Below, one piece after another: positions 32,612 through 43,689 of a DNA stretch of 64,000 bases. Made by a program: the position numbers and the translations under genes. Every line of letters begins with the position of its first letter. Position 1 is the stretch's first letter. The notes under the pieces are model-generated. The model made no database searches, had not been told where the DNA came from, and was given only the letters and a program-made list of their open reading frames with translations. Source of the DNA: an uncultured Bacillota bacterium (GTDB taxonomy: Bacteria; Bacillota; DTU025; MWDF01); the NCBI GenBank assembly GCA_963823655.1, contig CAWGMK010000007.1, forward strand, positions 1 through 64,000. The letters are read 5' to 3'.

Positions 32612-33295
32612 CTACTTGCGCCTTGTGGCCAACACATCCTCCACGTCTTTCAGCTTCAACCCTATGGAGCAAAGCGCCACCTGGCTGTGGTAAATCAGGT
32701 CTGCAAGCTCACCTGCGGCATCCTGCTTGGACCTGGCGTCCCCTACAAGGCTCGCCTTCATCGCAGCTATGATGAACTCGCCTGACTCCTCTCCTACCTT
32801 GCGCAACACCCTTTCCGTCCCGGCGGCAAGGAGCTTGCAAGTGTATGACCCTTCAAGTGGATCTTTCGCCCTCTCCCGGATTACATCATCAAGCTCATTG
32901 AGCACGCCCTGCCCTGAGAAACGCCTAATTGCATCCTGCGGATCCGCCGGCGGCTCATTTATAAAACAGGTCTCGGCCCCGGTATGGCACGCCGGCCCTG
33001 CCGGAATGACCTGAAGCAGCAGCGTATCACAGTCGCAATCAAGCTCCATCCTCATTACCTTCATGCGGTTTCCGCTGGTCTCGCCCTTATTCCATAATTT
33101 GCCGCGGCTCCTGCTCCAAAACCAGGCTTCTTCGTGCTCCGCCGTAAGACGCAGAGCCTCCTCGTTCATATAGGCTACCATCAGCACGTCCCCGCTGCTG
33201 AAATCCTGAACTACAGCAGGCATCAGCCCGTTCTCTCCGTATTTTGCCCTTTTACAAAGCTTCTGCCAATACTCTCTCAATCCGAAAACCTCCAA
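32612..33295 (-). CDS. hisIE: Bifunctional PR-AMP cyclohydrolase / PR-ATP pyrophosphatase
   Basis: [33 protein letters not shown]. Confidence 0.93.
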   Translation of the reverse strand: MEVFGLREYWQKLCKRAKYGENGLMPAVVQDFSSGDVLMVAYMNEEALRLTAEHEEAWFWSRSRGKLWNKGETSGNRMKVMRMELDCDCDTLLLQVIPAGPACHTGAETCFINEPPADPQDAIRRFSGQGVLNELDDVIRERAKDPLEGSYTCKLLAAGTERVLRKVGEESGEFIIAAMKASLVGDARSKQDAAGELADLIYHSQVALCSIGLKLKDVEDVLATRRK

Positions 33296-33309
33296 TGCCT
33301 ATGTATCGG

Positions 33310-34170
33310 TCAGGCACCCAGCCTTACCGGTATTCCCCTGCCCTTGAGATAGGCTTTCACTTCCCCGATGCTAAGCTCTCCGTTATGAAACAGCGAGGCT
33401 GCCAGTGCCGCGTCCGCCCCTCCCATTGAAAGGGCCGTCGCGAAATCCTCGAGGCACCCGGCCCCGCCTGATGCAATGACTGGCACGTCCACTGCCTCGG
33501 CCACCGCTCTTGTAAGCTCGATATCGTAGCCCTTCCTGACCCCATCCGAATCTATAGAGGTGAGCAGTATTTCGCCGGCTCCCAGCGCTACGACCTTCTT
33601 CGCCCATTCGATAACATCAAGGCCCGTTTCCTTCTTGCCCCCGAATATCAGCACTTCCCATTCGGGCCCATTCGCCCCTTCTTGGAAGCCCTTTTTTGCG
33701 AACTTGTACTCGTCCTCGCCGGCTACAGCTTTCGCGAGCTTCGCCGCAATATTTTCCCCTTCCAGGCGCTTCCGCCTGGCATCTATCGCAACCACCACGC
33801 ACTGGCTTCCGTAGCTTGCAGCGGCGCTTTCGATAAGCCACGGGGTCTTTACCGCGGAAGTGTTGATCGACACTTTATCGGCCCCGGCCCCGAGCACCGC
33901 TTTAATGTCCTCGATACTGGTGATGCCGCCGCCCACCATAAAGGGGATGAACAGCTCCCTGGAGACTTCCCTTGCCAGCTTCGTCGCATTGCCCCTCTTC
34001 TGCGCGGAGGCGGAAATGTCTAAGAAGGCCAGCTCGTCAGCGCCCTCCAGATAGTACCTTCTGGCCAGCTCCACAGGATCGCCGCAATCTCTCAAGCCTT
34101 CGAAATTCACGCCCTTGACCACCCTACCGTCCGCCATATCCAGACAAGGGATTATCCTCTTGCTTAACAT
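33310..34170 (-). CDS. hisF: Imidazole glycerol phosphate synthase cyclase subunit
   Basis: [36 protein letters not shown]. Confidence 0.95.
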   Translation of the reverse strand: MLSKRIIPCLDMADGRVVKGVNFEGLRDCGDPVELARRYYLEGADELAFLDISASAQKRGNATKLAREVSRELFIPFMVGGGITSIEDIKAVLGAGADKVSINTSAVKTPWLIESAAASYGSQCVVVAIDARRKRLEGENIAAKLAKAVAGEDEYKFAKKGFQEGANGPEWEVLIFGGKKETGLDVIEWAKKVVALGAGEILLTSIDSDGVRKGYDIELTRAVAEAVDVPVIASGGAGCLEDFATALSMGGADAALAASLFHNGELSIGEVKAYLKGRGIPVRLGA

Positions 34171-34942
34171 GCCGCAGCCTCCCTCGCCTCACCCAATGTG
34201 AAAATGCCCTCGTAAAGCGCCTTGCCTACTATGACGCCGACTATGGAGCCAAGGCCCTTGCCCCTGTCCTTTCCCGGCACCTTCACGGCGCTTTTAAGTT
34301 CTTTTGCTGCCTTCGCGACGAGCCTTAGATGTTCCAAGGACCCAATTCCGCCTGACACGATGACGTCTATGCCGGCAGTTCAATAAATGGCATGGCAGCA
34401 TCTACAGAGGCCCCTTTAAGCGCCCCGTCCCTTATTACATCGGTGACAATGGCAGTGGTGATGCCAATCGTTGAGAGCAGCTCAGCTAACTCCCCGGCAC
34501 TAATCCCCGCGCTTTGGGTCCAGCCCCGGGCCATCGCGGTCCCTGATTTCAAATCCGCCGAAGCGATCACCTTGCCCGGGTATTCAATGACAGCGTTTCT
34601 TATGAATCCGCCATATTCCGCAAGCGAGGTCCCGAGCGCTATGAAGTCCGATCCCATATCGAAGGCCTTCTTGGCCAATTCCATATCCCTTATGCCGCCG
34701 CTCAGGTCCATAACGCCTGTGAAAGCACCTCTAACTGCAGCAATTGGCCCGAGGTTTATCAGCTCTCCAGCCTTCGCCCCATCGAGATCCACAACATGGA
34801 GCCGGGTGGCACCTTGATCGGCCCAGTATCTGGCCGCATCTGCAGGGTTCTCCCAGTAGACTTTCGCCGTGTCATATCCTCCCCTGGTAAGCCTTACGGC
34901 CTTGCCGCCTAATATATCGACTGCGGGGATTATCTCAAGCAT
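34164..34942 (-). CDS. hisA: ProFAR isomerase, frameshift near 34365
   Basis: [36 protein letters not shown]. Confidence 0.9.
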
Positions 34943-35672
34943 CCGCACCCCTCCCAAGGCCTATGAAACCTGATAGAAGCCTCAATCCGGCCTCGCCGCT
35001 CTTCTCCGGATGGAACTGGACTCCGATGACATTGCCCTTTCTTATCGCTGCGGCTATGGTGGGCCCGTCCCCCGGAAACTGGCCATCGAGGGGAGTTCTA
35101 GCGGCAACTATCGCCTCATCATCCGGGTAAGCCGCAAAGGAATGGGTGAAGTAGAACTTCTCGTTATCCTCATCCATCAGCAGACTGAGGGCGTCCCCCA
35201 CCCTGAAGACGTCGTTCCAGCCTGTATGAGGCACTTTGAAAAATGACTTCCCGCAACCATCGTGTGGTTTCTGTCCATTCGCAATCTCCCAGGCATCGGA
35301 TTTGCTAATCCCAGCCTCAAGCTTGCGGTTCACGCCCCTGAACAGCGAAAGGCCCATCTGCCCCCTGCTCTCCTCGCTTATATCTAGCATAAGCTGCATC
35401 CCAAGGCAGATGCCAAGAAGCGGCCTTCCGGAATCTGCGAAATCGGGCACGGCAAGGTCCATACCCGAGCTCCTCATGCTCTCGCAGGCAGCGCCGAAGG
35501 CTCCCACTCCCGGCAGCACAAGCGCATCCAGCTTGCCAAGCTCAGAAGGTTCATACACTATGACGGGCTTGGCATTGCATACCTCAAGCGCCCTTGCGAC
35601 GCTAGTCAGGTTGCCGATGCCGTAATCCAGTATGCCCACCAGTGGTTTCGAATTGGCACTCATCCTATGCAC
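34935..35672 (-). CDS. hisH: Imidazole glycerol phosphate synthase glutaminase subunit
   Basis: DYGIGNL, LPGVGAF, GICLGMQ, QFHPEKSG. Confidence 0.94.
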   Translation of the reverse strand: MHRMSANSKPLVGILDYGIGNLTSVARALEVCNAKPVIVYEPSELGKLDALVLPGVGAFGAACESMRSSGMDLAVPDFADSGRPLLGICLGMQLMLDISEESRGQMGLSLFRGVNRKLEAGISKSDAWEIANGQKPHDGCGKSFFKVPHTGWNDVFRVGDALSLLMDEDNEKFYFTHSFAAYPDDEAIVAARTPLDGQFPGDGPTIAAAIRKGNVIGVQFHPEKSGEAGLRLLSGFIGLGRGADA

Positions 35673-36253
35673 CCCTTGCTGCTTGAGGCCCCCGTCCTTT
35701 GCGAGTCCGGTTCAAGCGCCGCCCTTAGAGCCAGCGCCAGCCCCTTGAAGGCGGCCTCTGTCGAATGATGGCGGTTATCGGACTTCAAAACATCAATATG
35801 CAGGGTAATGCCTGCCTCCTTGGCAAAGGCTTTCAGGAATTCTATAAGATCCTCATCCATGTCAGGCGCGTCAATGAAAGCGCCGCCTCTTCCGCTCACA
35901 TCAAGGCTCACTTGCGCAAGAGATCCGTCCATAGGCGCCAGGGCCCAGCCGAAGCGCCTTATGGCAGCTCCTCTGGAATCTAGTTTGTCCGCATCTTGTC
36001 CGCTTACTGCAAGCCCCAGCGCCCTGCCAAGGCTAATGCCCACATCCTCGCAAAGGTGATGATATCCGGTCTTCAGGTCGGCCTGAGACTCGATTGTTAT
36101 ATCCATTAGGGAGTGGAATGACAATTGAGCCAGCATATGGTCGAAAAAGCCGAAGCCCGTATCTGCAGTAAGAATGCCCTGTCCCTCTATCTTCACGACC
36201 GCCTTGATGGCAGTTTCCCCGGTCTTCCTCTCATAACAACCCGTGCGAGCCAT
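35660..36253 (-). CDS. hisB: Imidazoleglycerol-phosphate dehydratase
   Basis: RKTGET, FFDHML, HHLCED, HHSTEAAFK, SSKG. Confidence 0.93.
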   Translation of the reverse strand: MARTGCYERKTGETAIKAVVKIEGQGILTADTGFGFFDHMLAQLSFHSLMDITIESQADLKTGYHHLCEDVGISLGRALGLAVSGQDADKLDSRGAAIRRFGWALAPMDGSLAQVSLDVSGRGGAFIDAPDMDEDLIEFLKAFAKEAGITLHIDVLKSDNRHHSTEAAFKGLALALRAALEPDSQRTGASSSKGCIG

Positions 36254-36394
36254 TGAAATCCCCTCCTGAAACAATAAACTTATCCTTCATCTCGGTTGCC
36301 GACAGTAACCGCTCAGTCCCAGCCGGTCTTCTTTTCGGCTTCGGCCACCTTTTCGCATTCACGCATAAAGCCCACAGTATCTGCCTTTTCAAAT

Positions 36395-38697
36395 TTATCT
36401 GGTTTTTAAAGCCGCTCTCACTGCATCAATGAGCCGCCTGTTCTCCGACGCAGTACCCACCGTTACCCTTATCAAGTCGGGCCGGTCCGCGAACGCCCGG
36501 GTAAGTATCCCCATTGAAGCCAGCTTCGCGTTGAGCCTGCACCCCTCATCCCCACCTAACTCTATGAGAAGGAAGTTGCAGGAATCGCCCCTTACCTTAA
36601 GCCCCATCTTCATAAGTCCTTTGGCCAGGTAATCCCTGCCATAGGAGTTGTCGCCGACGTATTCTCCAAGGGCTTCTTCTTCATCAAGGGCCGATATGGC
36701 GATCTCCTCGCAAATGGACGGCACATTGTAGGGAAGCTTGGCCTTTCTTTAGCAGTTCAGCCATCTCTTCGCCCGAGATGCTGTAGCCCACCCTGATGCC
36801 CGCAAGCCTCCTGGCCTTCGAGAAGGTGCGAAGGATTACTGTCCTGCCGGACGCCATATCGGACATGTCCGAGCCGCAGAACTCCGCATATGCCTGGTCT
36901 ATTGCTACATACGCCTTTGATGTCGGGATCTTCGACCTTACGAACTTCTCCATGCTGTCGCCCGTCGGGTTATTGGGGACGCATAGCATGACAAGGGCCC
37001 TCTCATCAGCCAGAGCCTCATCCAGCGCGCTCTCGTCCGGAAGGCCGTCGAACCCAAGGCCGATTGCCTCAAACGGCAGGCCGCAGATCGAAGATATGCC
37101 TCTGTACATGGAAAATGATGGCCATGGTGATACTACCCGATCCACTTTCCCCCTTAGGGCGAGCATTAGGACCATGATCATCTCGTCGGAGCCCACTCCC
37201 ACCACGAAGCGCGAAGCCTCAATGCCGAACCTCTCGGAAAGCCTTGCCCGCAGCCTGTCCGAATCCATGCTCGGATACCTGTTGAATGGTATATCCATAA
37301 GAGAGCCCAGTATGCGAGCTTTCGCTCCAGCAGGGACATCCAGGCTGCACTCATTGGCGTCCAGCTTGACGGGCTTAAATCCTGCCACTCTTTCTGATTC
37401 CGCATCAAGCGGGGAGCCGGCGGCAAGCCTTACGCTTACGGAAGATGCATGCCCGAAGAGCCCCTCCTCCTTGGCCAGAACTACGGCTGCCGGGCCTTCC
37501 GCCAGGAAGCCGTCCTTGGAGTACTCCACCACGTTAACCGCCTTCTGGAAGTCCGAAGTTGAGAGCGTTCCCCTGAACCTCGCCGTGCCCATCGTAGGAA
37601 GCACATGGCTGGGCCCTGCGACGTAGTCTCCCATCGCCTCGGCGGAGTAGTTACCTACGAATATCGTCCCAGCATTAGATGCCATCTGTGCGAGGGCTGC
37701 CGCACCTTCACAACACAGCTCCAGGTGCTCAGGCGCAAATTTGTCCGCAATTCCTATTGCCTCTTCAAGCGATCCGGCCATTATGCATGCGGAATAAGAC
37801 TCCAGGGCCGCTCTTGCAATCGCCTGCCTTGGGGCAATTAAGAGCTGCCTTTCCAATTCATCCAATACTTTTCCAAGCACTCCGGCCGAAGTGGTTACAA
37901 GCGTGCAGCAGGCCAGCTCGTCGTGTTCCGCCTGTGCGATGAGGTCGGCGGCTATAAATGAGGGGTTGGCCGTCTCGTCCGCCACTACCATGAGCTCGCT
38001 GGGCCCTGCCAGCATATCGACCCTTACATCGCCCATTACAGCCCTTTTGGCCGCGGTTACATAGGCGTTGCCGGGGCCTGCGATTACATCAACCGCAGGT
38101 ACGCTCTTGGTGGAGTATGCGAGCGCGGCTATGGCCTGGGCCCCTCCTATGCGGAAGATCCTGTCCACGCCGGCAATTTCAGCGGCTGCAAGCGTTGCCT
38201 TGTTTATCGAGCCGTCCTTGCCGGGAGGCGTGCACATATAGACATTGGGTACTCCGGCTGCCTTCGCAGCCAGGCCGCACATCAGCACAGTCGAAGGGTA
38301 TGCCGCGCTTCCGCCCGGTACGTAAATGCCTGCGGACTTCAAGGGCACCATCCTCTGGCCCAGCCTTGTGCCATATCCGTCCATGTAGGACCAGGATGCC
38401 TGCCTTTGTGATATGTGGAAGCGCGATATGTTGGCCGCAGCAAGCTCCAGAGACTTCCTTACACCTGCGTCCAGGCTTAGAAGCGCCTCTTTTGCTAACT
38501 TCATATCGAGTTCTATATCCTGCTCCCCCATATCGGGCCAGTCGAACTTTCGAGTGAGTTCAACAAGCGCCAAGTCGCCATCTGCCCTTACTTTCGAGAT
38601 GATCTCCAATGCTGTGCCCATGAAACTTGGCGCCATCGGCAGCAGGCCTTATCTTCGATATTTCTGAGGAAGGGATGATTCTCAGCATCTTTTTCAT
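36395..38697 (-). CDS. hisD/hisC: Apparent histidinol dehydrogenase - histidinol-phosphate aminotransferase fusion (HisD-HisC); frameshifts near 38640 and 36730
   Basis: YVPGG, GPGNAYV, AGPSE, QAEHD, APEHLE, GPSHVLPT then, in the same frame, KLDANE, PNNPTG, DQAY, RTFSK. Confidence 0.85.
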
Positions 38698-39368
38698 TTG
38701 GCATCCGCCCCCTTGATGCCGGCGGATCTCATAAGTGCGCAGAATTCGGCAATTTCCTCCGACCTGAGTCCGTAGCTGGACCTGCTTGCGATGAGCCTTG
38801 CGCTGGACCTGGAGATTTCGGCTACTATGCCAAGGCCGTTCTCCTTCAATGTGAGGCCGCTGGAGACTATGTCCACGATTGCGTCTGCCAGACCGACTGA
38901 TGACGCAAGCTCGACCGCGCCCTTCAGCGTTATGATCTCGGGCCTTAATATCCTGCCCTTTGCGAACTCCTTGGTGATGGCGGGGAATTTGGTGGCAATC
39001 CTTAGCTTTGCTATCCTGCCGCCCCCTTCCAGCGCCTTTTTGTAGCCCTCGATGGCCTCAAGCGGGGCCGCCAGCACGAACCGGCATTCTCCGAAGCCGA
39101 GGTCCATCAGCTCATATACTTCCTCTCCCGACTCCGAGAGCCCGTCCTTGCCTACTATGCCAAGGTCCGCAACACCCCTGGCAACATAGACTGGGACGTC
39201 GGAAGGCCTTGAGATCAGGTATCTGGCCCTGTTTCCTGTAAAAATGAGCTTCCTGCTAGCCTTGTCGTACGGGCAATCGTATCCTACGCTGTTTAGAGCG
39301 ACTGCCGCCTCTTCGAGCATGCGCCCCGCCGGAAGCGCTATAGTCATCTTGCCGTTAGCCTCTGTCAT
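38694..39368 (-). CDS. hisG: ATP phosphoribosyltransferase (short form)
   Basis: SRKLIF, DVPVYV, GIVGKD, IATKFP, DAIVDIVSSG. Confidence 0.94.
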   Translation of the reverse strand: MTEANGKMTIALPAGRMLEEAAVALNSVGYDCPYDKASRKLIFTGNRARYLISRPSDVPVYVARGVADLGIVGKDGLSESGEEVYELMDLGFGECRFVLAAPLEAIEGYKKALEGGGRIAKLRIATKFPAITKEFAKGRILRPEIITLKGAVELASSVGLADAIVDIVSSGLTLKENGLGIVAEISRSSARLIASRSSYGLRSEEIAEFCALMRSAGIKGADAK

Positions 39369-40363
39369 TCTTCCTGAACCCCCTCAGGCCTGATTTCCAT
39401 TAACATACCCATGTCCAACGCGAAGCCTATTCCGCCCTCATCCGAGCCCAGGGACCTCATAAGCCCGTCGTACTGGCCGCCGCCTAGCATCGGCCTTCCG
39501 TAGCCATTTACGTAGGCTTCGAAGACTGGGCCGTTGTAGTAATCCAAGGGCCTCAGAAGGCCGAGCTCGAAGGCGATGCCAACCCCTTTTGATACCATCC
39601 TCGCGCCATCGAGAAGAAGTGATGCCCTGAGTGCCTCTTCGGCAAGCTTCGTTGCCGGATACTCGCGTACGATGCCCTCCAAGCCCTTGATCGCGGCCTC
39701 ATCGCAATTCGAGGGAATCAGCTTACGCAGCATGGATGAAGCCTTGTTCCCTTTGCCGTATTTGGTAAGGGCGGACATTGCTGAACTTATGTCATGGACC
39801 ATCAGGGCCTGCCTTAGCTCGTCCATCTGCAGGCCGTCCAGTCCGCTTTCAAGAAGCAGTTGGTCTAAAAGGGATATGTCGCCTATTCTAAGTTGCACTG
39901 CTTCCTTGGCGAAGCGGCAGATGCCAATCGCGGCGCCCAAAGCCTCAAGCCCCGCCTTGAGCCCGTCGTGTCCGTAGATCTCGGCGCCGAGCTGAAGATC
40001 CTGCCTCGATATGGCAAGTCCGTCCCTATTGCCGGGCCTTCTGAATACTGGCCCTGTGTAGAAGAGCCTTAATGGCCTCGGTTTTGAAGCAAGCTCCCTT
40101 ATGGCAAGCTTCGCGCACGGCCTGGTCATATCGGAGCTGAGCCTGCCGATGAAGCCTCCGGGCAATGCGAACTTGATAGGCCCGCCAGGCATGCCCGCCT
40201 CATCGTTATTGTCAGCAAGCTCGATTATCGGAAGCCTTACTTCGTCGAAACCCAGGCTCTCCAGCATTGAAGCAAGCGCCGCCTCGGTCCTTCTTAAAGC
40301 GCCTGCCTCCGGGGGGAGAAGCAAGGACAAACCATCCATTACATCCTGCAAGTACAACACCAC
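39365..40363 (-). CDS. hisZ: ATP phosphoribosyltransferase regulatory subunit
   Basis: HisRS-like: DMT, RLFYTGPVFR, QLGAE, DYYNG, GGGQYDGL; first gene of his operon. Confidence 0.85.
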   Translation of the reverse strand: MVLYLQDVMDGLSLLLPPEAGALRRTEAALASMLESLGFDEVRLPIIELADNNDEAGMPGGPIKFALPGGFIGRLSSDMTRPCAKLAIRELASKPRPLRLFYTGPVFRRPGNRDGLAISRQDLQLGAEIYGHDGLKAGLEALGAAIGICRFAKEAVQLRIGDISLLDQLLLESGLDGLQMDELRQALMVHDISSAMSALTKYGKGNKASSMLRKLIPSNCDEAAIKGLEGIVREYPATKLAEEALRASLLLDGARMVSKGVGIAFELGLLRPLDYYNGPVFEAYVNGYGRPMLGGGQYDGLMRSLGSDEGGIGFALDMGMLMEIRPEGVQEE

Positions 40364-40398
40364 TCTTTATCGCTTTAGTTAGGTAAAGTATTAAAGTG
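40363..40398. promoter_or_regulatory. HisR (YerC/TrpR-like) operator, tandem half-sites
   Basis: CTCTTTAT CGCTTTAG TTAG GTAAAGTA TTAAAGTG: CTTTA-N6-TAAAG core with flanking half-sites at 8-bp period. Confidence 0.7.
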
Positions 40399-40408
40399 CA
40401 CGAATAAG

Positions 40409-40437
40409 AAGATACTATCAACTCAGAAAAGAGTCAA
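40409..40437 (-). promoter_or_regulatory. Sigma-A type promoter of his operon
   Basis: TTGACT-17 nt-TATCTT on minus strand directly upstream of the operator. Confidence 0.65.
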
Positions 40438-40470
40438 GGAAATGCCTGTATTTATATCGGTGCAGAAAAG

Positions 40471-40502
40471 AAAAGGCCGCCATGCAGGCGGCTTTCAATT
40501 TT
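40471..40502. terminator. Intrinsic terminator-like hairpin
   Basis: AAAAGGCCGCC-ATGCA-GGCGGCTTT. Confidence 0.6.
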
Positions 40503-40724
40503 GTTGGGTTTATGAGAGGCTTGAGCCTTTAACCTCCAGGTTGCCAGATGCCCTTCCGGCTTGACCATCCTCGAAAATATCTGGCTCTTGGATAGAAGCC
40601 CCGGTTATTTGTGGTAGCAAAAAGTGACTATGTTCCTCGGCAGTACATCATTACATTTATTGTATTTTAAAAATCGTTGATTTTCTACAATAAAACCATT
40701 AATATTGGTTTAGGTGGTGAAAAT

Positions 40725-41298
40725 ATGATAAAAACTAACGCTATGCTAAGGCACGAATTAAAATCGTATGTGAACCCGATGGAAAACATACGACGACTGG
40801 CCAAAGAAGGAGAAATGGTTTTCTGTTGTCAGAGGGTTATATGAAACGGACAGGAGTATTCCTGGTTACTATCTTGCCCCAATCATTTCGGATCCTTCAT
40901 ATCTATCCTTTGAGTTTGCATTAGCATACTACTCCTATTTGAAGCTGCATATAACTTTACATTGGCTACTTTTGAAAGAAAAAGGCAAAGCAATAATACA
41001 CCATACGGCAGCTTCACTATCGTGATGTACCGAGTGAAGCATGCTGATAACTTCGTACAGGACCGGGTACGGTTTTAAAATTGCGTCTGCCGAGAAGGCA
41101 ATATGCGATGCGCTCTCCAAAATGCCCCACTAATGAATAGAAGTGAATTGGAGCGCATGTATTTGAGGATCTGAGAATTGATGAAAGCGATTTCTTCCAT
41201 CTAAACATGACAGATCTTCTTAATACATCCGCCTTTTTAAGTCGCAGGAACACAAGTTGCTACAGGTATCTATCAAAAGGAGAATGAAGACGAAGTAA
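40725..41298 (+). pseudogene. Degraded AbiEi-type (type IV TA) antitoxin
   Basis: MIKTNAML..NP..IRRLAKEG..VVRGLYET..PSYLSFEFALAYY..IASAEKAICDAL with several frameshifts/stops; no AbiEii toxin follows. Confidence 0.65.
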
Positions 41299-41392
41299 AT
41301 CATCCGCTTTATGCATAGAGCTACTGGTCAGTTGCGCGAACAGGCAAATGCGGCAGGCTTATCCAAATGATTAAGCCGGGAAGTGAAATGTT

Positions 41393-41711
41393 ATGATGCT
41401 CGTCGAACTGCTTATTCTGTCACCTATAGGCGCAGCACTCATCTTGTGTGGCTTGCTAATCTGGAAGAAGAACAGGATAGATTTGATACATTCATATCAC
41501 TATAAAAGAGTCACAGAGGAGAACAAAAAGGCGTATTCAACGGCAATGGGCAAAGGCGTCCTGCTCATGGGTATCGGAGTGTTACTGACCGGTATTGATC
41601 AATTACGTAACGGGAGCTGCTTCCGGCTGGATTTGTTTCGTGTTTTTCTTCATCTTAGGGCTCACGTTGGTGCTAAGAGCCCAGAGCAAATTCAATGGCG
41701 GGCTTTTCTAA
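41393..41711 (+). CDS. DUF3784-like small membrane protein (frameshift near 41600)
   Basis: LIWKKNRIDLIHSYHYKRVTEENKKAY..MG motif. Confidence 0.6.
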
Positions 41712-41774
41712 CATTCCCGATACGTTGACTGAATTGACTGCATCTTCCTTTTAGAAATATCGAGTATATGTATG

Positions 41775-42104
41775 TTAGATCTCCCCTTTTTCCTTCAGCC
41801 TTGCTATGGCCAGCTTATATCCCCCCGCACCAAATGCGAGGAACCTTTTGACCCTGCTTACGGTGGCGGAACTTGCCCCCGTATCCTTACCTACTTCAGC
41901 GTACGTCCTGCCCTTTTCCAGGCTCAGAGCGATCTCGAACCGGTCGCTAAGTTCGCTTACCTCCGAGATGGTGCAGAGGTCCTCGAAAAAGGCGTAACAT
42001 TCATCGACGTTTTCAAGCGTCATTATTGCCTTGAAGAGCCTATCTGTCTTCGCGCGGTCCACATTGTCCTTAAGCGCCATGTAACAGGCCTCCTTTTGGC
42101 ACAC
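41775..42104 (-). CDS. yerC: YerC/YecD TrpR-like repressor (probable HisR)
   Basis: ECYAFFEDLCTISE..TY..TGASSATVSRVKR..G.GGY. Confidence 0.9.
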   Translation of the reverse strand: MCQKEACYMALKDNVDRAKTDRLFKAIMTLENVDECYAFFEDLCTISEVSELSDRFEIALSLEKGRTYAEVGKDTGASSATVSRVKRFLAFGAGGYKLAIARLKEKGEI

Positions 42105-42238
42105 ATATGCTTCATCTTGTTAAAGTATATTTAAATCTCCGGGCATTACAAATCCATTAGATATTGCTGTCTGTTGTGGATCCGGAACTATTTGCCAAAC
42201 TTGCTGAGATACGGCTTAATAGACTCATTTCGTAAATA

Positions 42239-42390
42239 TCATTTTCCTGCATGAATAGCCTTCAGCTTTTCGAACGCCCTCCTGTAACCGTCAATTTGAT
42301 CGGACCATTCAGCAAGCTTCAGGCAGGGGAACTGGTCGCATTCGCTGCAGTTGCCTAAGCCTTCGTCATCCATACATCTGAATAGCGATC
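42239..42390 (-). pseudogene. DUF3795-like Cys-rich protein, C-terminal fragment
   Basis: Manual translation ..CMDDEGLGNCSECDQFPCLKLAEWSDQIDGYRRAFEKLKAIHAGK*. Confidence 0.6.
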
Positions 42391-42457
42391 TGAATAGGTT
42401 TTCTTGCAATCCTACTTCTGAAATCTCGGGACTTTTGGCTTCACATCATGTTTTAAA

Positions 42458-43528
42458 CTACTGACTCTTGATCTCTTGGTCTGTGTTCTTTATATAGGAA
42501 GTGCTTTTTCCTGCTCCAACCTTAATAATGTATCCTTCCTTGAGGAGCGAAGCCAATGCCAACTCGATTGTTGATATGCTGATGTCTGGAAATTTCTCTG
42601 ATATCGACTTCTTTGGATAGTTTTTGCAACGTGGTATCAAACAATGCACGAATTCGATCTGGCTTGGACAGACTACGATTCAGCATTAATTCGACACGCA
42701 TCGAAAATTCCTTGTATGCACCCAGTATGATTTCCAAGTAATACTTCACGAAAGGGAAGTAAGTGTTCGTGAGACTGTGCCAGCCTTGAGAACTGGCTTG
42801 CAGCACATCGTAATAGGTTTCCTTAGTTTTCTCAATCAGCATTTCAAGGCTGATATATTTTCCAACGATGTATCCTGACCGATATAAAAGCAGTAAGGTT
42901 AACAGCCGACTCATCCGCCCGTTTCCGTCAGTAAACGGGTGAATGCAGAGAAAATCCAGAATGAACATCGGAATCAACAATAACGGGTCATACTTTTCAG
43001 ACTGAATTGCATTGATGAAGGCCATTGTCAGACAATCAACCGCTTCCGGTGTTTCAAAGGCCGGCAACGGTGCAAATCGGATCTTGCTGACACCTTGTGA
43101 TCTGTTTCGGCAATAGCATTGTCTGCATTTTTGAATCGTCCGCCCATGGAGGAAGGGTTAAATTGATATAGATCCCGATGCAACTGAAGAATCGTATTCG
43201 TTCGCGGGACAATGTAATCGTAGCTGTCGTGGATCAGCGCCAGGACTTCTCGATATCCAGCAATTTCCTGTTCTGAGCGATTTCGCGGCTCGGACTTTTC
43301 GCTGACCAAAGCCTGCAATCGTTCATCTGATGTGTAAATGCCCTCAATACGATTGGAAGCACCAGTGCTCTGAATTTTAGCAACCTCAAGCATGGCATTT
43401 AGCACATCAGGCTTGGCTTCGATATACAGCTCTTGCTTGCCTTTGTGCTCATGAATAGCAGAAACCAAATTCATAAGTTCGTAATGGAGCAGTTCATCTG
43501 GTATTTTACTGTATTCAAACTCCCTCAT
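42458..43528 (-). CDS. Fic-domain protein with C-terminal HTH (two frameshifts)
   Basis: SNRIEG, HPFTDGNGRMSR Fic motif; C-terminal wHTH-like segment. Confidence 0.88.
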
Positions 43529-43689
43529 CTATTACATCCTTTCTGCACAAGGATTAGTTTACTGCATTATTGTACCATTAAATTATGCAGAAAGGAATAT
43601 GATTAGGCAGAACGATTTGAATGATATAGCTGCTATAAAGTATATCTGCATAATTCAACAGTTAAATAGTGCAGTAAAACATATGCGTT

